The notes: generated from the letters alone by a model not told the origin. A stretch of 32,000 nucleotides of DNA from Acaryochloris thomasi RCC1774 (GCF_003231495.1 NZ_PQWO01000006.1:240001-272000); one strand, 5' to 3'; numbered from the stretch's first letter, positions 7,783-15,672 are shown. Made by a program: numbers and translations.

Positions 7783-9579
7783 TCAATCTTCCTCATACAT
7801 GCGATCGCCTTTGTGCAAACGTGCGGCTATCTCATAGGTTTGCCCTTGAGCGCGCATGGTAGGGGCGTGGGCAGCTAGATATCGAGCGGTTGCTACCAAA
7901 ACATGAATCCCCGCCTCGTGGTTTTGCCAGTGTTGATATTGTTGAACAGCGGCCTCCAGGTTTTGAATCGTGTGAAAATCTCGGTCCTCCCGCAGCAGCA
8001 ATCGACCCAAACCTGTTAGCAAAGCAGTCGGGTCTCCACCACTGTAGAGATACGTCCCCACAAGATTTCCGGCGGCATTCACCTGCTGCTGACGGTCGAG
8101 ATAGTCAGGCAGCTCGTCTAGAAGTTTAGCGGGGGCCTCAACTCGTTTGGTTGGATCGGGCAAGCGGGCGGGTGGGACATTTAAAAATCGATTGAGATAT
8201 ACTGCCATTGCCGCATCAAATACCCCTCGCAAGAGTTCGCCAGACGTCACCCGTTTCAGCCCCTGATGAACAGCATTGGCAAAGGTGAATGTGTGGTGGG
8301 CGGTATCCCAGTCTCGAAAATCGTTGTTGGTTTGAAACTTGGCAATGCGCAGCGCAGCCGCGTAGGCGACGACGCCAGCTAGGTCATCGGCGGTACAGCC
8401 CTGGCGCAGCGCATTCAATAACCCAGATGCGATCGCATCTGGATCATCCCCTAGCAAAACAGGGATTAGCTGCTCGACGCTGGCATTGCTATTCTCCTGA
8501 CTCTCTCTTTTGGCATTGCCAGCAGAGATCGCATCGGGTAAAGTCTCAAAAGCCCGCTCCAAAATAGCCACCAAATCGATCGGGTAGCGCCAGGCATTCG
8601 ACTCTTCCATCCGTTCTGCCTGGGCATAGCTGCGCACCAGACTGGTGAGGATACCCTCTATATTTTCCCCCTGAACCTGATCGAGTGCCTCCAGGGCTTT
8701 ATTGGTAAAGTCGAGGGCATGTCCGCCATCAATAAAGCGATGGTCGGTAACCGATGAGAACAGCATGTCTGCTAGCTGGGTGGTCTCAACGCCAGCCTGA
8801 ATCGCTGAGGCTAGACACCGCTCTGCACCCTGGGCATCGCGCACCTCAATGAACTGACGAAACCATCCTTTGAGAAGCTGAAAATCTACGGGCGTACTGG
8901 GTAGAGGCTGGATCGCAAATCGGGGTGGCTCACCCGCACAGTCGCGGGCAACGGCGGACAGTCCATGGTAAAGCGCCCGCGGGCGGTCGTCCGTATGCAA
9001 GTGGGGCCTCAGCTGCATCATGCAGGTATGAATCGTGAGGCCGGTCCCCCAGCCCTGGCGACGATAGCGAACGCCAAAATCTAGCCCGGTTTGAAACGCC
9101 GCCGTTGGCCCCTCGTCTGCAGCTAGCTGAGCAATCACCGACTTAGCGATGACTAGGGAAAGACCTTGCTCCAAACCATCCACTAATCGCTGATGTTGAT
9201 AGGTCTTAGCTTTTGTATGGGGAGTGAGATCTACCCACACACGTCCCTCTCGTACTTCTACGGGAAAAGCCCGCCCATCATCCGCCCAAATATCAAAGGT
9301 GCCCCCGCTGGTCAGATCAAAGCGGGCATGGTGCCAGTGACAGGTGAGAACACAGTTTTTAACGCTGCCTTTTTGGAGTGGAAAACCCATATAAGGACAG
9401 CGATTATCGACAGCGTAAATTTGCCCTTGGTGGTGGAAAAGTGCGATGGCCGAAGGCCGGTCGGAGACCATCGCATGTCCCTCAGCATGCACCACCATCA
9501 CCCCATCTGCCTGTACATCTGAGACCTGAGCCACCTGAACCATGTGTTTGTGTGGAACGTTCACTTTATTCATCTGCAT
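7783..9579 (-). CDS. Rieske-like domain protein with a ~470-aa uncharacterised helical C-terminal domain
   Basis: The N-terminal ~110 aa have the Rieske layout RCPYMGFPLQKGSVKNCVLTCHWHHARFDLTSG. I place the start at ATG 9579 (MQMNKV), which overlaps the GNAT TGA by 1 nt (TGATG) and has GGAG upstream; the track ORF runs to 9603. Confidence 0.78.
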   Translation of the reverse strand: MQMNKVNVPHKHMVQVAQVSDVQADGVMVVHAEGHAMVSDRPSAIALFHHQGQIYAVDNRCPYMGFPLQKGSVKNCVLTCHWHHARFDLTSGGTFDIWADDGRAFPVEVREGRVWVDLTPHTKAKTYQHQRLVDGLEQGLSLVIAKSVIAQLAADEGPTAAFQTGLDFGVRYRRQGWGTGLTIHTCMMQLRPHLHTDDRPRALYHGLSAVARDCAGEPPRFAIQPLPSTPVDFQLLKGWFRQFIEVRDAQGAERCLASAIQAGVETTQLADMLFSSVTDHRFIDGGHALDFTNKALEALDQVQGENIEGILTSLVRSYAQAERMEESNAWRYPIDLVAILERAFETLPDAISAGNAKRESQENSNASVEQLIPVLLGDDPDAIASGLLNALRQGCTADDLAGVVAYAAALRIAKFQTNNDFRDWDTAHHTFTFANAVHQGLKRVTSGELLRGVFDAAMAVYLNRFLNVPPARLPDPTKRVEAPAKLLDELPDYLDRQQQVNAAGNLVGTYLYSGGDPTALLTGLGRLLLREDRDFHTIQNLEAAVQQYQHWQNHEAGIHVLVATARYLAAHAPTMRAQGQTYEIAARLHKGDRMYEED

Positions 9580-10256
9580 CACTCCAATTCCGACGATAGG
9601 CATAAGCCAAACTTGGTGATCCCTGAAAATTCAACGCCGAACTGTTCGCGAAAATAGTCAGCATGAAAGGTTTGATAGGGCTTGAACCCTAGCGATTCGT
9701 AAGTTTTTCTAGCTCGCTCATTACCGTTAATAATCATGATTCCGGCATGGGATTGATCCTGGTCGCGCCCAGCTTCTAGTAGCGATCTCAGCAATGTTTT
9801 GCCGACACCTTGGCCCCTTGCATCAGGTAGAACAGCTACGCTCTCGATAATCCAAGGTGCTTGTGGGTGGAGAAAAACAGGGCGAGGATTATCGCTGAAG
9901 AGTTGAGTATAGCGACGACGAACCTCTACCTCTATGGGGTGGGACCAACCTAGCTCTTTAGCAATCGCACTGATCTCTGATACCTTTAACGGTCGATAGT
10001 CTTCAAAATTAGGCTGATAGCCAGCGGCAGCGGCCACCGGCTCACCTGCGATTTCAGCGACTATGAAGTCCTCTACATTGCCCCAGTTGCTCGCTCGAGC
10101 TGTCAGAGCTGCTGCTAAAAAATCTAAAGCTGAGGTCTGACTCCCCTCCAGCATTTCATCCCAAAAGCTGTGGTTGTGCGGTGGCAGGGATGCTTCGTAC
10201 ATGATTTGGGCCAGGAAGGACAGGTCAGAGATCGTGGCTGGACGAGTATTCAGCAT
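9579..10256 (-). CDS. GNAT family N-acetyltransferase
   Basis: 225 aa with acetyl-CoA motif A VAVLPDARGQGVGKTLLRSLLE and C-terminal NERARKTYESLGF. Confidence 0.88.
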   Translation of the reverse strand: MLNTRPATISDLSFLAQIMYEASLPPHNHSFWDEMLEGSQTSALDFLAAALTARASNWGNVEDFIVAEIAGEPVAAAAGYQPNFEDYRPLKVSEISAIAKELGWSHPIEVEVRRRYTQLFSDNPRPVFLHPQAPWIIESVAVLPDARGQGVGKTLLRSLLEAGRDQDQSHAGIMIINGNERARKTYESLGFKPYQTFHADYFREQFGVEFSGITKFGLCLSSELE

Positions 10257-10270
10257 GGCTTACCTTTAAG

Positions 10271-10340
10271 ACATACAATCTGTATGTATCTAATATGCAA
10301 GCACTGACTCTTGTTGTCAAGATACATACTGTCTGAATGT
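10271..10340. promoter_or_regulatory. two copies of a 17-bp operator-like sequence in the GNAT/TetR divergent promoter
   Basis: Site 1 is ACATACAATCTGTATGT (10271-10287; 7-bp perfect dyad arms ACATACA/TGTATGT). Site 2 is ACATACTGTCTGAATGT (10324-10340). They are 14/17 identical. Site 1 lies 15 nt from the GNAT ATG and site 2 lies 14 nt from the tetR ATG. Confidence 0.45.
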
Positions 10341-10353
10341 TAATTGTTTCGTT

Positions 10354-10938
10354 ATGCCCAACCTGACTAAAGCCGAGCAAACCCGACAAACGCGCCGCGC
10401 CATTTTGGATCGCGCTCGTCAGCTTTTTGCAGAGCAGGGCTATGCGGCCACTGGGACCGAGGAAATCATCAGGGGATTGGGGATTACGCGTGGGGCGCTG
10501 TATCACCAGTTCAAAGATAAGCGTGGTGTTTTTACCGCAGTGGCAGCTGAAGCCTATCGAGAAATGACAGACCACATCAATCAGCAGGTGCGCTCGCTAG
10601 AGGATTCCTGGGAGCAGCTAGTGGTAGGTTGCCTGGCGTTTTTGGAAGTGGCCCAGCGCGAGGACTTACGGCGGCTGATTTTTATTGAAGCGCCTGTCGT
10701 GCTAGCGGCGGAAACACTGGTGGAGTTCGACCAGTATGGCTTTGGTCTATTGCAGGATTCGATTCAAATGCTGGTTCACGAGGGGCAGTTAGTCACAATT
10801 GATGCAGAGGGCTTTTCCCATTTGGTGAATGGTGCGCTAAATGAACTAGCGGCTTGGGTGGCTCAGGGAGAAGATTCAGAACGGCTAAAAACGGCCCAGG
10901 CTTTGGTAGAGACTTTGTTGGCCCAGCATCGGGCTTGA
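10354..10938 (+). CDS. TetR/AcrR family transcriptional regulator
   Basis: 194 aa with HTH GTEEIIRGLGITRGALYHQFKDKRGVF. Divergent from the GNAT cluster. Confidence 0.9.
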   Translation: MPNLTKAEQTRQTRRAILDRARQLFAEQGYAATGTEEIIRGLGITRGALYHQFKDKRGVFTAVAAEAYREMTDHINQQVRSLEDSWEQLVVGCLAFLEVAQREDLRRLIFIEAPVVLAAETLVEFDQYGFGLLQDSIQMLVHEGQLVTIDAEGFSHLVNGALNELAAWVAQGEDSERLKTAQALVETLLAQHRA

Positions 10939-10968
10939 GGCCGCAAACGGGCAAAAACGCTCCAAGAT

Positions 10969-11856
10969 TTACTGTTTGCTAAGCTGAGCCAGTTCTGACT
11001 CAGAAAGCTGCAGTGATGCTGCCTTCACGTTGTCTTCTAGATGAGCAATGGTTGTCGTACCGGGAATCAGGATGAGATTGGGAGCACGATGGAGCAGCCA
11101 AGCTAGAGCAATTTGGGTCGGGTTAGCGTCATGAGCTTGAGCGATCTGCGCTAATATACCTTCTGCTTGAGCAAGAGGCGCACCGCGCTTGAGGGGATGA
11201 GCACCCAGGGAGCCGTAGGGAATGAAGGCAATGTCTTGTGTGGTGCAGTAGTCTAAGATAGTTCCGTGGCTGCGGTCTGCAAGGCTAAATCGATTTTGAA
11301 CGGAAGCAATTGAAGTGATTTTCTGTGCTTCTTTGAGCTGTTCTAGCGTGATGTTTGAAATGCCGATATGTCGAATTTTGCCTTCTTGCTGCAGCTTGGC
11401 TAGAGCCTGAACTGACTCAATATAAGGAACTTTGGGGTCGGGGCGATGAAGCTGGTAGAGGGAGATGCAATCGCACTTCAGCCGTTTCAAACTCCCTTCA
11501 ACGCCGCGCCGCAAATTTTCGGGACTGCCATCGGCTTGAATATCGTCGGGCGCAGGTTTATGAATACCACCCTTAGTCGCAATCACTAGATTCTCGGGGT
11601 AGGGATGCAAAGCCGCAGCAATAATCTCTTCGTTATCGCCAGGGCCATAGGCTTCCGCCGTATCAATGAAATTGATGCCCAGCTCTACGGCTCGACGCAG
11701 TAGCTTTTTCCCACCCTCCCAGTCAGCATAGGGACCGAAGTTTCCTGGCTGTCCGGTTAGGCGCATAGCCCCGTAGCCAAGCCGGTTGACGGTCAAGTCG
11801 CCGCCCAGATCAAAGGTTTGTGGTGCGCTGGGAACTTGAGTATCTGTATTTGTCAT
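10969..11856 (-). CDS. aldo/keto reductase
   Basis: 295 aa with LGYGAMRLTG, DTAEAYGPG and C-terminal IPGTTTIAHLEDN. Confidence 0.92.
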   Translation of the reverse strand: MTNTDTQVPSAPQTFDLGGDLTVNRLGYGAMRLTGQPGNFGPYADWEGGKKLLRRAVELGINFIDTAEAYGPGDNEEIIAAALHPYPENLVIATKGGIHKPAPDDIQADGSPENLRRGVEGSLKRLKCDCISLYQLHRPDPKVPYIESVQALAKLQQEGKIRHIGISNITLEQLKEAQKITSIASVQNRFSLADRSHGTILDYCTTQDIAFIPYGSLGAHPLKRGAPLAQAEGILAQIAQAHDANPTQIALAWLLHRAPNLILIPGTTTIAHLEDNVKAASLQLSESELAQLSKQ

Positions 11857-11932
11857 TGTTTCAATCTCTTTTTACTTGTGGCGTACTTCGTAGGATTGTC
11901 GCGAGATAGTCGTCTGAGTCTCTCTTGAATCT

Positions 11933-12520
11933 TTACCTTTGGTCGCCCGTGTAAGGCTTACGCTCACTCAGAGGCAGCTCTTTCAGAAACTCAATCATGT
12001 AGCCGTTGTTGTCTTCAATAAACGAGACACGACGACCGCTATCAGGAAAGCTGGTTGGCGGCAGAACAACCTTCACTCCTTTTTCTTTTAGAGCAGAGGT
12101 TGCAGCGTCAACATCTTCGACGAGAAAAGCGAAGTGTCCAATACCGGGCTGCTGTTGACGGGCCATAAAATCTTCTGGCATACTCGCCCTCGGCGTATTA
12201 GATGAAGCGACCACCTCAATAATGAATCCGTTCTTTTCTAGATAGGCAAGCTGCAGATTTGGGAATTCCGGTACCGTCCATTCGTGCTTGATGCGAAAGC
12301 CCAATGTTTCGCGGTACCAATCAATGGTGCCGCTATAGTCAGACGTGGCGATCATGACGTGTTCTGCACGGATTTCCGAAAGTGGATCTGTGACGGTTGT
12401 CTGTCGTGTTTCTCCTTCTGGGAAAGCAGGCAGTCCGTAGGCGATCGCAGTAGCCACAGCAAAGCCGGAGAGTGCAGCAATCAAAGTGTTTTTCTTCATC
12501 TTCGTTAATTGAAAATCCAT
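11933..12520 (-). CDS. VOC (glyoxalase/bleomycin-resistance/dioxygenase fold) protein with an N-terminal signal peptide
   Basis: GGAGA 7 nt upstream of ATG 12520. The N-terminus MKKNTLIAALSGFAVATAIAYG is signal-like. The VOC module starts at EHVMIATSDYSGTIDWYRETLGF. Confidence 0.82.
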   Translation of the reverse strand: MDFQLTKMKKNTLIAALSGFAVATAIAYGLPAFPEGETRQTTVTDPLSEIRAEHVMIATSDYSGTIDWYRETLGFRIKHEWTVPEFPNLQLAYLEKNGFIIEVVASSNTPRASMPEDFMARQQQPGIGHFAFLVEDVDAATSALKEKGVKVVLPPTSFPDSGRRVSFIEDNNGYMIEFLKELPLSERKPYTGDQR

Positions 12521-12558
12521 GATTTTTCTCCAATAGGGTTAGCCGCGATGAAACTTGA

Positions 12559-12677
12559 ATAGATAGATTTTGTTCCTATGCTGGAATGATTTGGCGATTT
12601 TGATACGTTTGAAATAACGACTAAATTCACTATCGCAGCATCTATAGATATTTGGTAGAGGACTGACAAAAATATCT
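12559..12677. promoter_or_regulatory. cluster of AGAT-based dyads in the LysR divergent promoter (candidate LTTR binding sites)
   Basis: The cluster contains ATAGATAGAT (12559-12568), the perfect palindrome ATCTATAGAT (12640-12649), and the 8-bp inverted repeat AGATATTT (12646-12653) / AAATATCT (12670-12677). LTTRs usually bind their own divergent promoter. Confidence 0.35.
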
Positions 12678-12719
12678 GTTATTCTTTTTCTGTATAACCA
12701 AGGCACGCGATCAAAGTTG

Positions 12720-13673
12720 ATGAGTAAATCTTTAGACCGACTAACGCTGCTAGAAACGTTCGTGCGCATTGCCGACGCAGGCAGCATTAGCGCTGCTGCT
12801 CGCGACCTTGACCTATCGCAGCCTTCCGTGAGTCGCCAGCTCGCAGAGTTAGAGTCACGCTTTAAATCTCAGCTTATGCGCCGAACAACGCACGATCTGT
12901 CTTTGACGACTGCAGGAGCAGAGCTGCTTGCGGATGCTCGTCAGTTGCTTGACGAATGGGAAGCTTTAGAAGAGAAGCATTTAGAGACCGAAGAAACGCT
13001 AAGGGGCAAACTGAAAGTGGTCGTACCCGTTGCGCTGGGGCAGCTCTATCTATTGGACACGGTGCTTCAGTTTCAGCATCAGCACCCTCATATTGCTTTG
13101 TCTTGGCAGCTAGAAGACCAGAATATTCGCTTTGCCGAAGTCGGCTGTGATTGCTGGATCAAAATTGGCTCGGTCCCGGATGAGTCGCTGATTGTAGAAC
13201 CGCTAGGGCAGGTCGAGCGGATGGCTGTGGCGACACCCGAACTCTTTGAAATATATGGGAGGCCAAAAACACCAGCTGATTTGGAGAAGCTTCCTTGTGT
13301 AGCCCTGGAGCCGTTTGAAGGCGGACACATCCCCCTGACCCACGCCAAAGGAAAGACGGTGACTGTCTCCCCTCCGATCAGGATGACCACAAACAATATT
13401 TCTGCCGTTCGCAAGGCAACTTTGGCAGGTCTGGGCCTCGCTATTCTGCCGCGCTGGTTGATTGAAGATGAGCTGAATAAACATCAGTTAGTGGACCTGT
13501 TGCCACTGTGGCGGGCACCGAAGCTCACGATTTGCGTTGCTTCTTTGCCCGGTCGGCATCGTCCTCGCAGATTACAAAGCTTCCTCGATATTTTGAAGGT
13601 GACGGTGCCGAAGATTCCGGGTGTCGAGCCGTTGTCTCACAAAGTTGTCCATCGGCGCGATTTTAGAGCTTGA
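12720..13673 (+). CDS. LysR family transcriptional regulator
   Basis: HTH SISAAARDLDLSQPSVSRQLAELESRF followed by a type-2 periplasmic-binding-fold effector domain. I prefer ATG 12720 over the TTG at 12717. Confidence 0.92.
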   Translation: MSKSLDRLTLLETFVRIADAGSISAAARDLDLSQPSVSRQLAELESRFKSQLMRRTTHDLSLTTAGAELLADARQLLDEWEALEEKHLETEETLRGKLKVVVPVALGQLYLLDTVLQFQHQHPHIALSWQLEDQNIRFAEVGCDCWIKIGSVPDESLIVEPLGQVERMAVATPELFEIYGRPKTPADLEKLPCVALEPFEGGHIPLTHAKGKTVTVSPPIRMTTNNISAVRKATLAGLGLAILPRWLIEDELNKHQLVDLLPLWRAPKLTICVASLPGRHRPRRLQSFLDILKVTVPKIPGVEPLSHKVVHRRDFRA

Positions 13674-13678
13674 TCCAG

Positions 13679-13704
13679 CGCGATAGCTTTGGTGGCGGCT
13701 ATCG
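13679..13704 (+). terminator. hairpin GCGATAGC-N10-GCTATCGC just after the lysR stop
   Basis: 8-bp perfect stem beginning 6 nt after the stop. There is no U-tract, so it is only a weak intrinsic-terminator candidate. Confidence 0.3.
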
Positions 13705-13793
13705 CCTCGTCTGACTGCTTGCTTGGAAGAGATTGGATAGAGTAAGTTTGTCTTGTTGAACTCTTGCGAAAAGTACTTCATTCAACTTGAACA

Positions 13794-14140
13794 CTATTTT
13801 TGTTGATAACCTGTTGAGGTTGCGTGGGCTTCCCAGGTGACAAGCTCTTGCTCAAGGGGCTGCATTTTGTTAGGCATACCGCCTAGGGCGTTGGCTCCTA
13901 AAGCGTTGTGGAATGGTGGATTCTCTGCTTTCCGGCATAATAGGGAGCCACTACGTTGGCCCGGACTAGAGCCAGTTCCTTGGCTAGTGATTCTGTCAGC
14001 AGGCTCACACCCGCATTCGCAACATCGGTTGCGAACACAAATCGCTGGGCCATCCGTGTTCTGAAGTAAAATGTACTCAAAACCTGAGCCTCTAACTCTC
14101 GCTGTGAACTGATAGTGTTTCTACCCAAAGACGCAATCAT
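13794..14140 (-). pseudogene. decayed SDR gene fragment (central and C-terminal part only)
   Basis: The minus-strand ORF reads GRNTISS...FATDVANAGVSLLTESLAKELALVRANVVAPYY. This aligns to the SDR NISS...YxxxKAGV..LT.SLA.ELA..IRVN.VAPG region, with the Tyr and Lys positions mutated. A shifted frame continues weakly to the stop at 13794. No Rossmann N-terminus is present. Confidence 0.4.
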
Positions 14141-14444
14141 CGCAACAGAAAAATTAACCCAGTACTTACTTGTTCCACTGCCAAAAGATGATAAGTCTAA
14201 ATTTCTTGCTCAGGCAGGGTATAGCTTGGATAACTGGCAGGAATTAGAACAGGACTTGCGAACTCAAGTCCTGCCCCAGCCAGCCGAACTCATCGAAACT
14301 AATCGTTATGGCGAAAAGTATCTGATTCGTACACATCTTCAAGGGAACAATGGTGTTGAACTCAGAATTCTAACGATTTGGATGGTGACAAAGAGTACGA
14401 CTAGATTTGTGACCTTGGTGCCAGACAAAGGAGTCAGTCAATGA
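14115..14444 (+). CDS. DUF6883-like protein (assignment from memory of the family pattern)
   Basis: 109 aa with a GTG start. EKLTQYLL...DKSKFLAQAGYSLDNW..LEQDLR...YGEKYLI...LQGNNG...ILTIWMV...RFVTLVP matches my recollection of the DUF6883 pattern. It overlaps the next ORF by 4 nt (ATGA). Confidence 0.55.
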   Translation: MFLPKDAIIATEKLTQYLLVPLPKDDKSKFLAQAGYSLDNWQELEQDLRTQVLPQPAELIETNRYGEKYLIRTHLQGNNGVELRILTIWMVTKSTTRFVTLVPDKGVSQ

Positions 14445-14674
14445 CAATACAGTATCCCCTCTTTTCTCAGGTAGCCTTAGCTGAAGATGTTCCAGACTAC
14501 GACCTTAAGCGGGGAGATATTGCAACAATTGTGGAGCACTATCCCATGCCTGATGAAGAAGAGGATGGGTATAGCTTAGAGGGCTTTGATGTGCCACACA
14601 TCACACTTGAAGTAGCCTCTTCACAAATTATTTCTGTTGACCAGTGGCAGCAAGAAGAAGCTATATTTAGCTAA
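14441..14674 (+). CDS. DUF4926-like small protein
   Basis: 77 aa. FSQVALAEDVPDYDLKRGDIATIVEHY....GYSLEGF...ITLEV..SQI fits the cyanobacterial DUF4926 pattern (short SH3-like proteins). Coupled to the upstream ORF. Confidence 0.55.
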   Translation: MTIQYPLFSQVALAEDVPDYDLKRGDIATIVEHYPMPDEEEDGYSLEGFDVPHITLEVASSQIISVDQWQQEEAIFS

Positions 14675-14783
14675 ATTACGTCAACTACCCCAAGCAAGGT
14701 TGCCGCAGCTTGAAGAGTATCTTGATTTTCTGCTTCAGAAAGACAGATCTAAGCAGAGCCGCGAATTCCAGGAAAAACTTTGA
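14637..14783 (+). CDS. possible small ORF or relic with a DUF2281-like antitoxin motif
   Basis: Below the ORF-track length cut-off. My own translation of the frame starting at TTG 14637 gives (L)TSGSKKKLYLAKLRQLPQARLPQLEEYLDFLLQKDRSKQSREFQEKL*. The LP....L..(E/V).DF..FL pattern is typical of DUF2281 antitoxins. There is no ATG and I saw no RBS. Confidence 0.25.
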   Translation: MTSGSKKKLYLAKLRQLPQARLPQLEEYLDFLLQKDRSKQSREFQEKL

Positions 14784-14786
14784 CTT

Positions 14787-15164
14787 TTAATTGTGCCAGT
14801 CTCTACCCGCTTGATTTGAATCTACTGTACAACTATTGAGTGAGTCACCTCTTTCATCTGCGATCGCAACTCCTTTTCTCTGACTAACAATATCCAAAAT
14901 AGTGTATTCAAAGAGCTGAACTAGTATCTCAGTAGTCCTCTCAAAGCAAGATAGGATATGAGACGCTTTTTGATGTGACTCGCTGAGGAGATAGTCCTTG
15001 CTACCCCAGATTTCATAAAGGGCAAAGTGAACAGGGCAACTGGGATCTTGATAGAGATCAATAGAAATGCAAAATGTTTCTTTCACGGCTTCGACAGCTG
15101 TTGAGAGCGCCACCTCTTTGAAAGCTTCTATGGTCTCTTTTTGGATAACGGCCTGGACTAGCAA
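14787..15164 (-). CDS. ABM (antibiotic biosynthesis monooxygenase)-like domain protein
   Basis: 125 aa; the only available start is TTG at 15164. The pattern ..VQAVIQKETIEAFKEVA....E.....ISIDLYQD...P..FALYEIW.SKD.L..H.... resembles the ABM/YgiN fold. Confidence 0.5.
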   Translation of the reverse strand: MLVQAVIQKETIEAFKEVALSTAVEAVKETFCISIDLYQDPSCPVHFALYEIWGSKDYLLSESHQKASHILSCFERTTEILVQLFEYTILDIVSQRKGVAIADERGDSLNSCTVDSNQAGRDWHN

Positions 15165-15180
15165 TACAACGTTACTGTCG

Positions 15181-15672
15181 TTAGCGATAACTCCAAGTCA
15201 ATTCATAGCTGTGAGAATAGACCTCAATCACGTTGCCCCAGGGGTCTTCAACATAGGCAAGATAGCGTTCTGAGTCAGGGAAAATCTCCCAAATCTTGGT
15301 GCGCTGTTTACCACCGTGGGTAACGACATGCTGCACTATATCTTCAATATCAGGGTCAGTAATACAGATATGGAAGTAACCATTTTTCCAATACTCCATG
15401 CCTTCCGGATGCGGACCCGCTTCAGGATCATCAAATTCAAACAGCTCCAGTCCGACCTGATTGCCGGTGGCGAGATGGGCAAAGCGACCACGGCGTAAGC
15501 GGTCGCCCAATAAGTCTTTTGCTAGCTGACCAAAGTGTGTGTCGTCGGGCACAATCTCCAGCGGCCCTAGAATCAAGCGATAGCCAAGGATGTCTTGGTA
15601 CCATGCGATCGCAGCATCTAAATCAGGAACCGTCAAACCAATGTGATTGATAGGTCTGGGGTATGTATTCAC
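15181..15672 (-). CDS. VOC family protein (glyoxalase I-like)
   Basis: 163 aa with a GTG start and GAGGAG 10 nt upstream. INHIGLTVPDLDAAIAWYQDILGYRL and C-terminal YVEDPWGNVIEVYSH are typical VOC motifs. Confidence 0.88.
   Translation of the reverse strand: MNTYPRPINHIGLTVPDLDAAIAWYQDILGYRLILGPLEIVPDDTHFGQLAKDLLGDRLRRGRFAHLATGNQVGLELFEFDDPEAGPHPEGMEYWKNGYFHICITDPDIEDIVQHVVTHGGKQRTKIWEIFPDSERYLAYVEDPWGNVIEVYSHSYELTWSYR

Noticed and set aside
10225-10575. 116-aa minus-strand ORF spanning the GNAT/TetR intergenic region
   Set aside because: It is antisense to the well-supported TetR N-terminal HTH and runs through the operator-like repeats. It shows no recognisable fold or RBS.
12539-12787. 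82-aa minus-strand ORF in the lysR/VOC intergenic region
   Set aside because: It covers AT-rich promoter DNA full of dyads and overlaps the lysR start in antisense. Its composition (Arg/Lys/Phe/Ile-rich) looks like translated AT-rich non-coding sequence.
13837-14064. 75-aa plus-strand ORF in the lysR-downstream gap
   Set aside because: It is antisense to the stretch that translates into SDR-like motifs on the minus strand, and it has no motif of its own.
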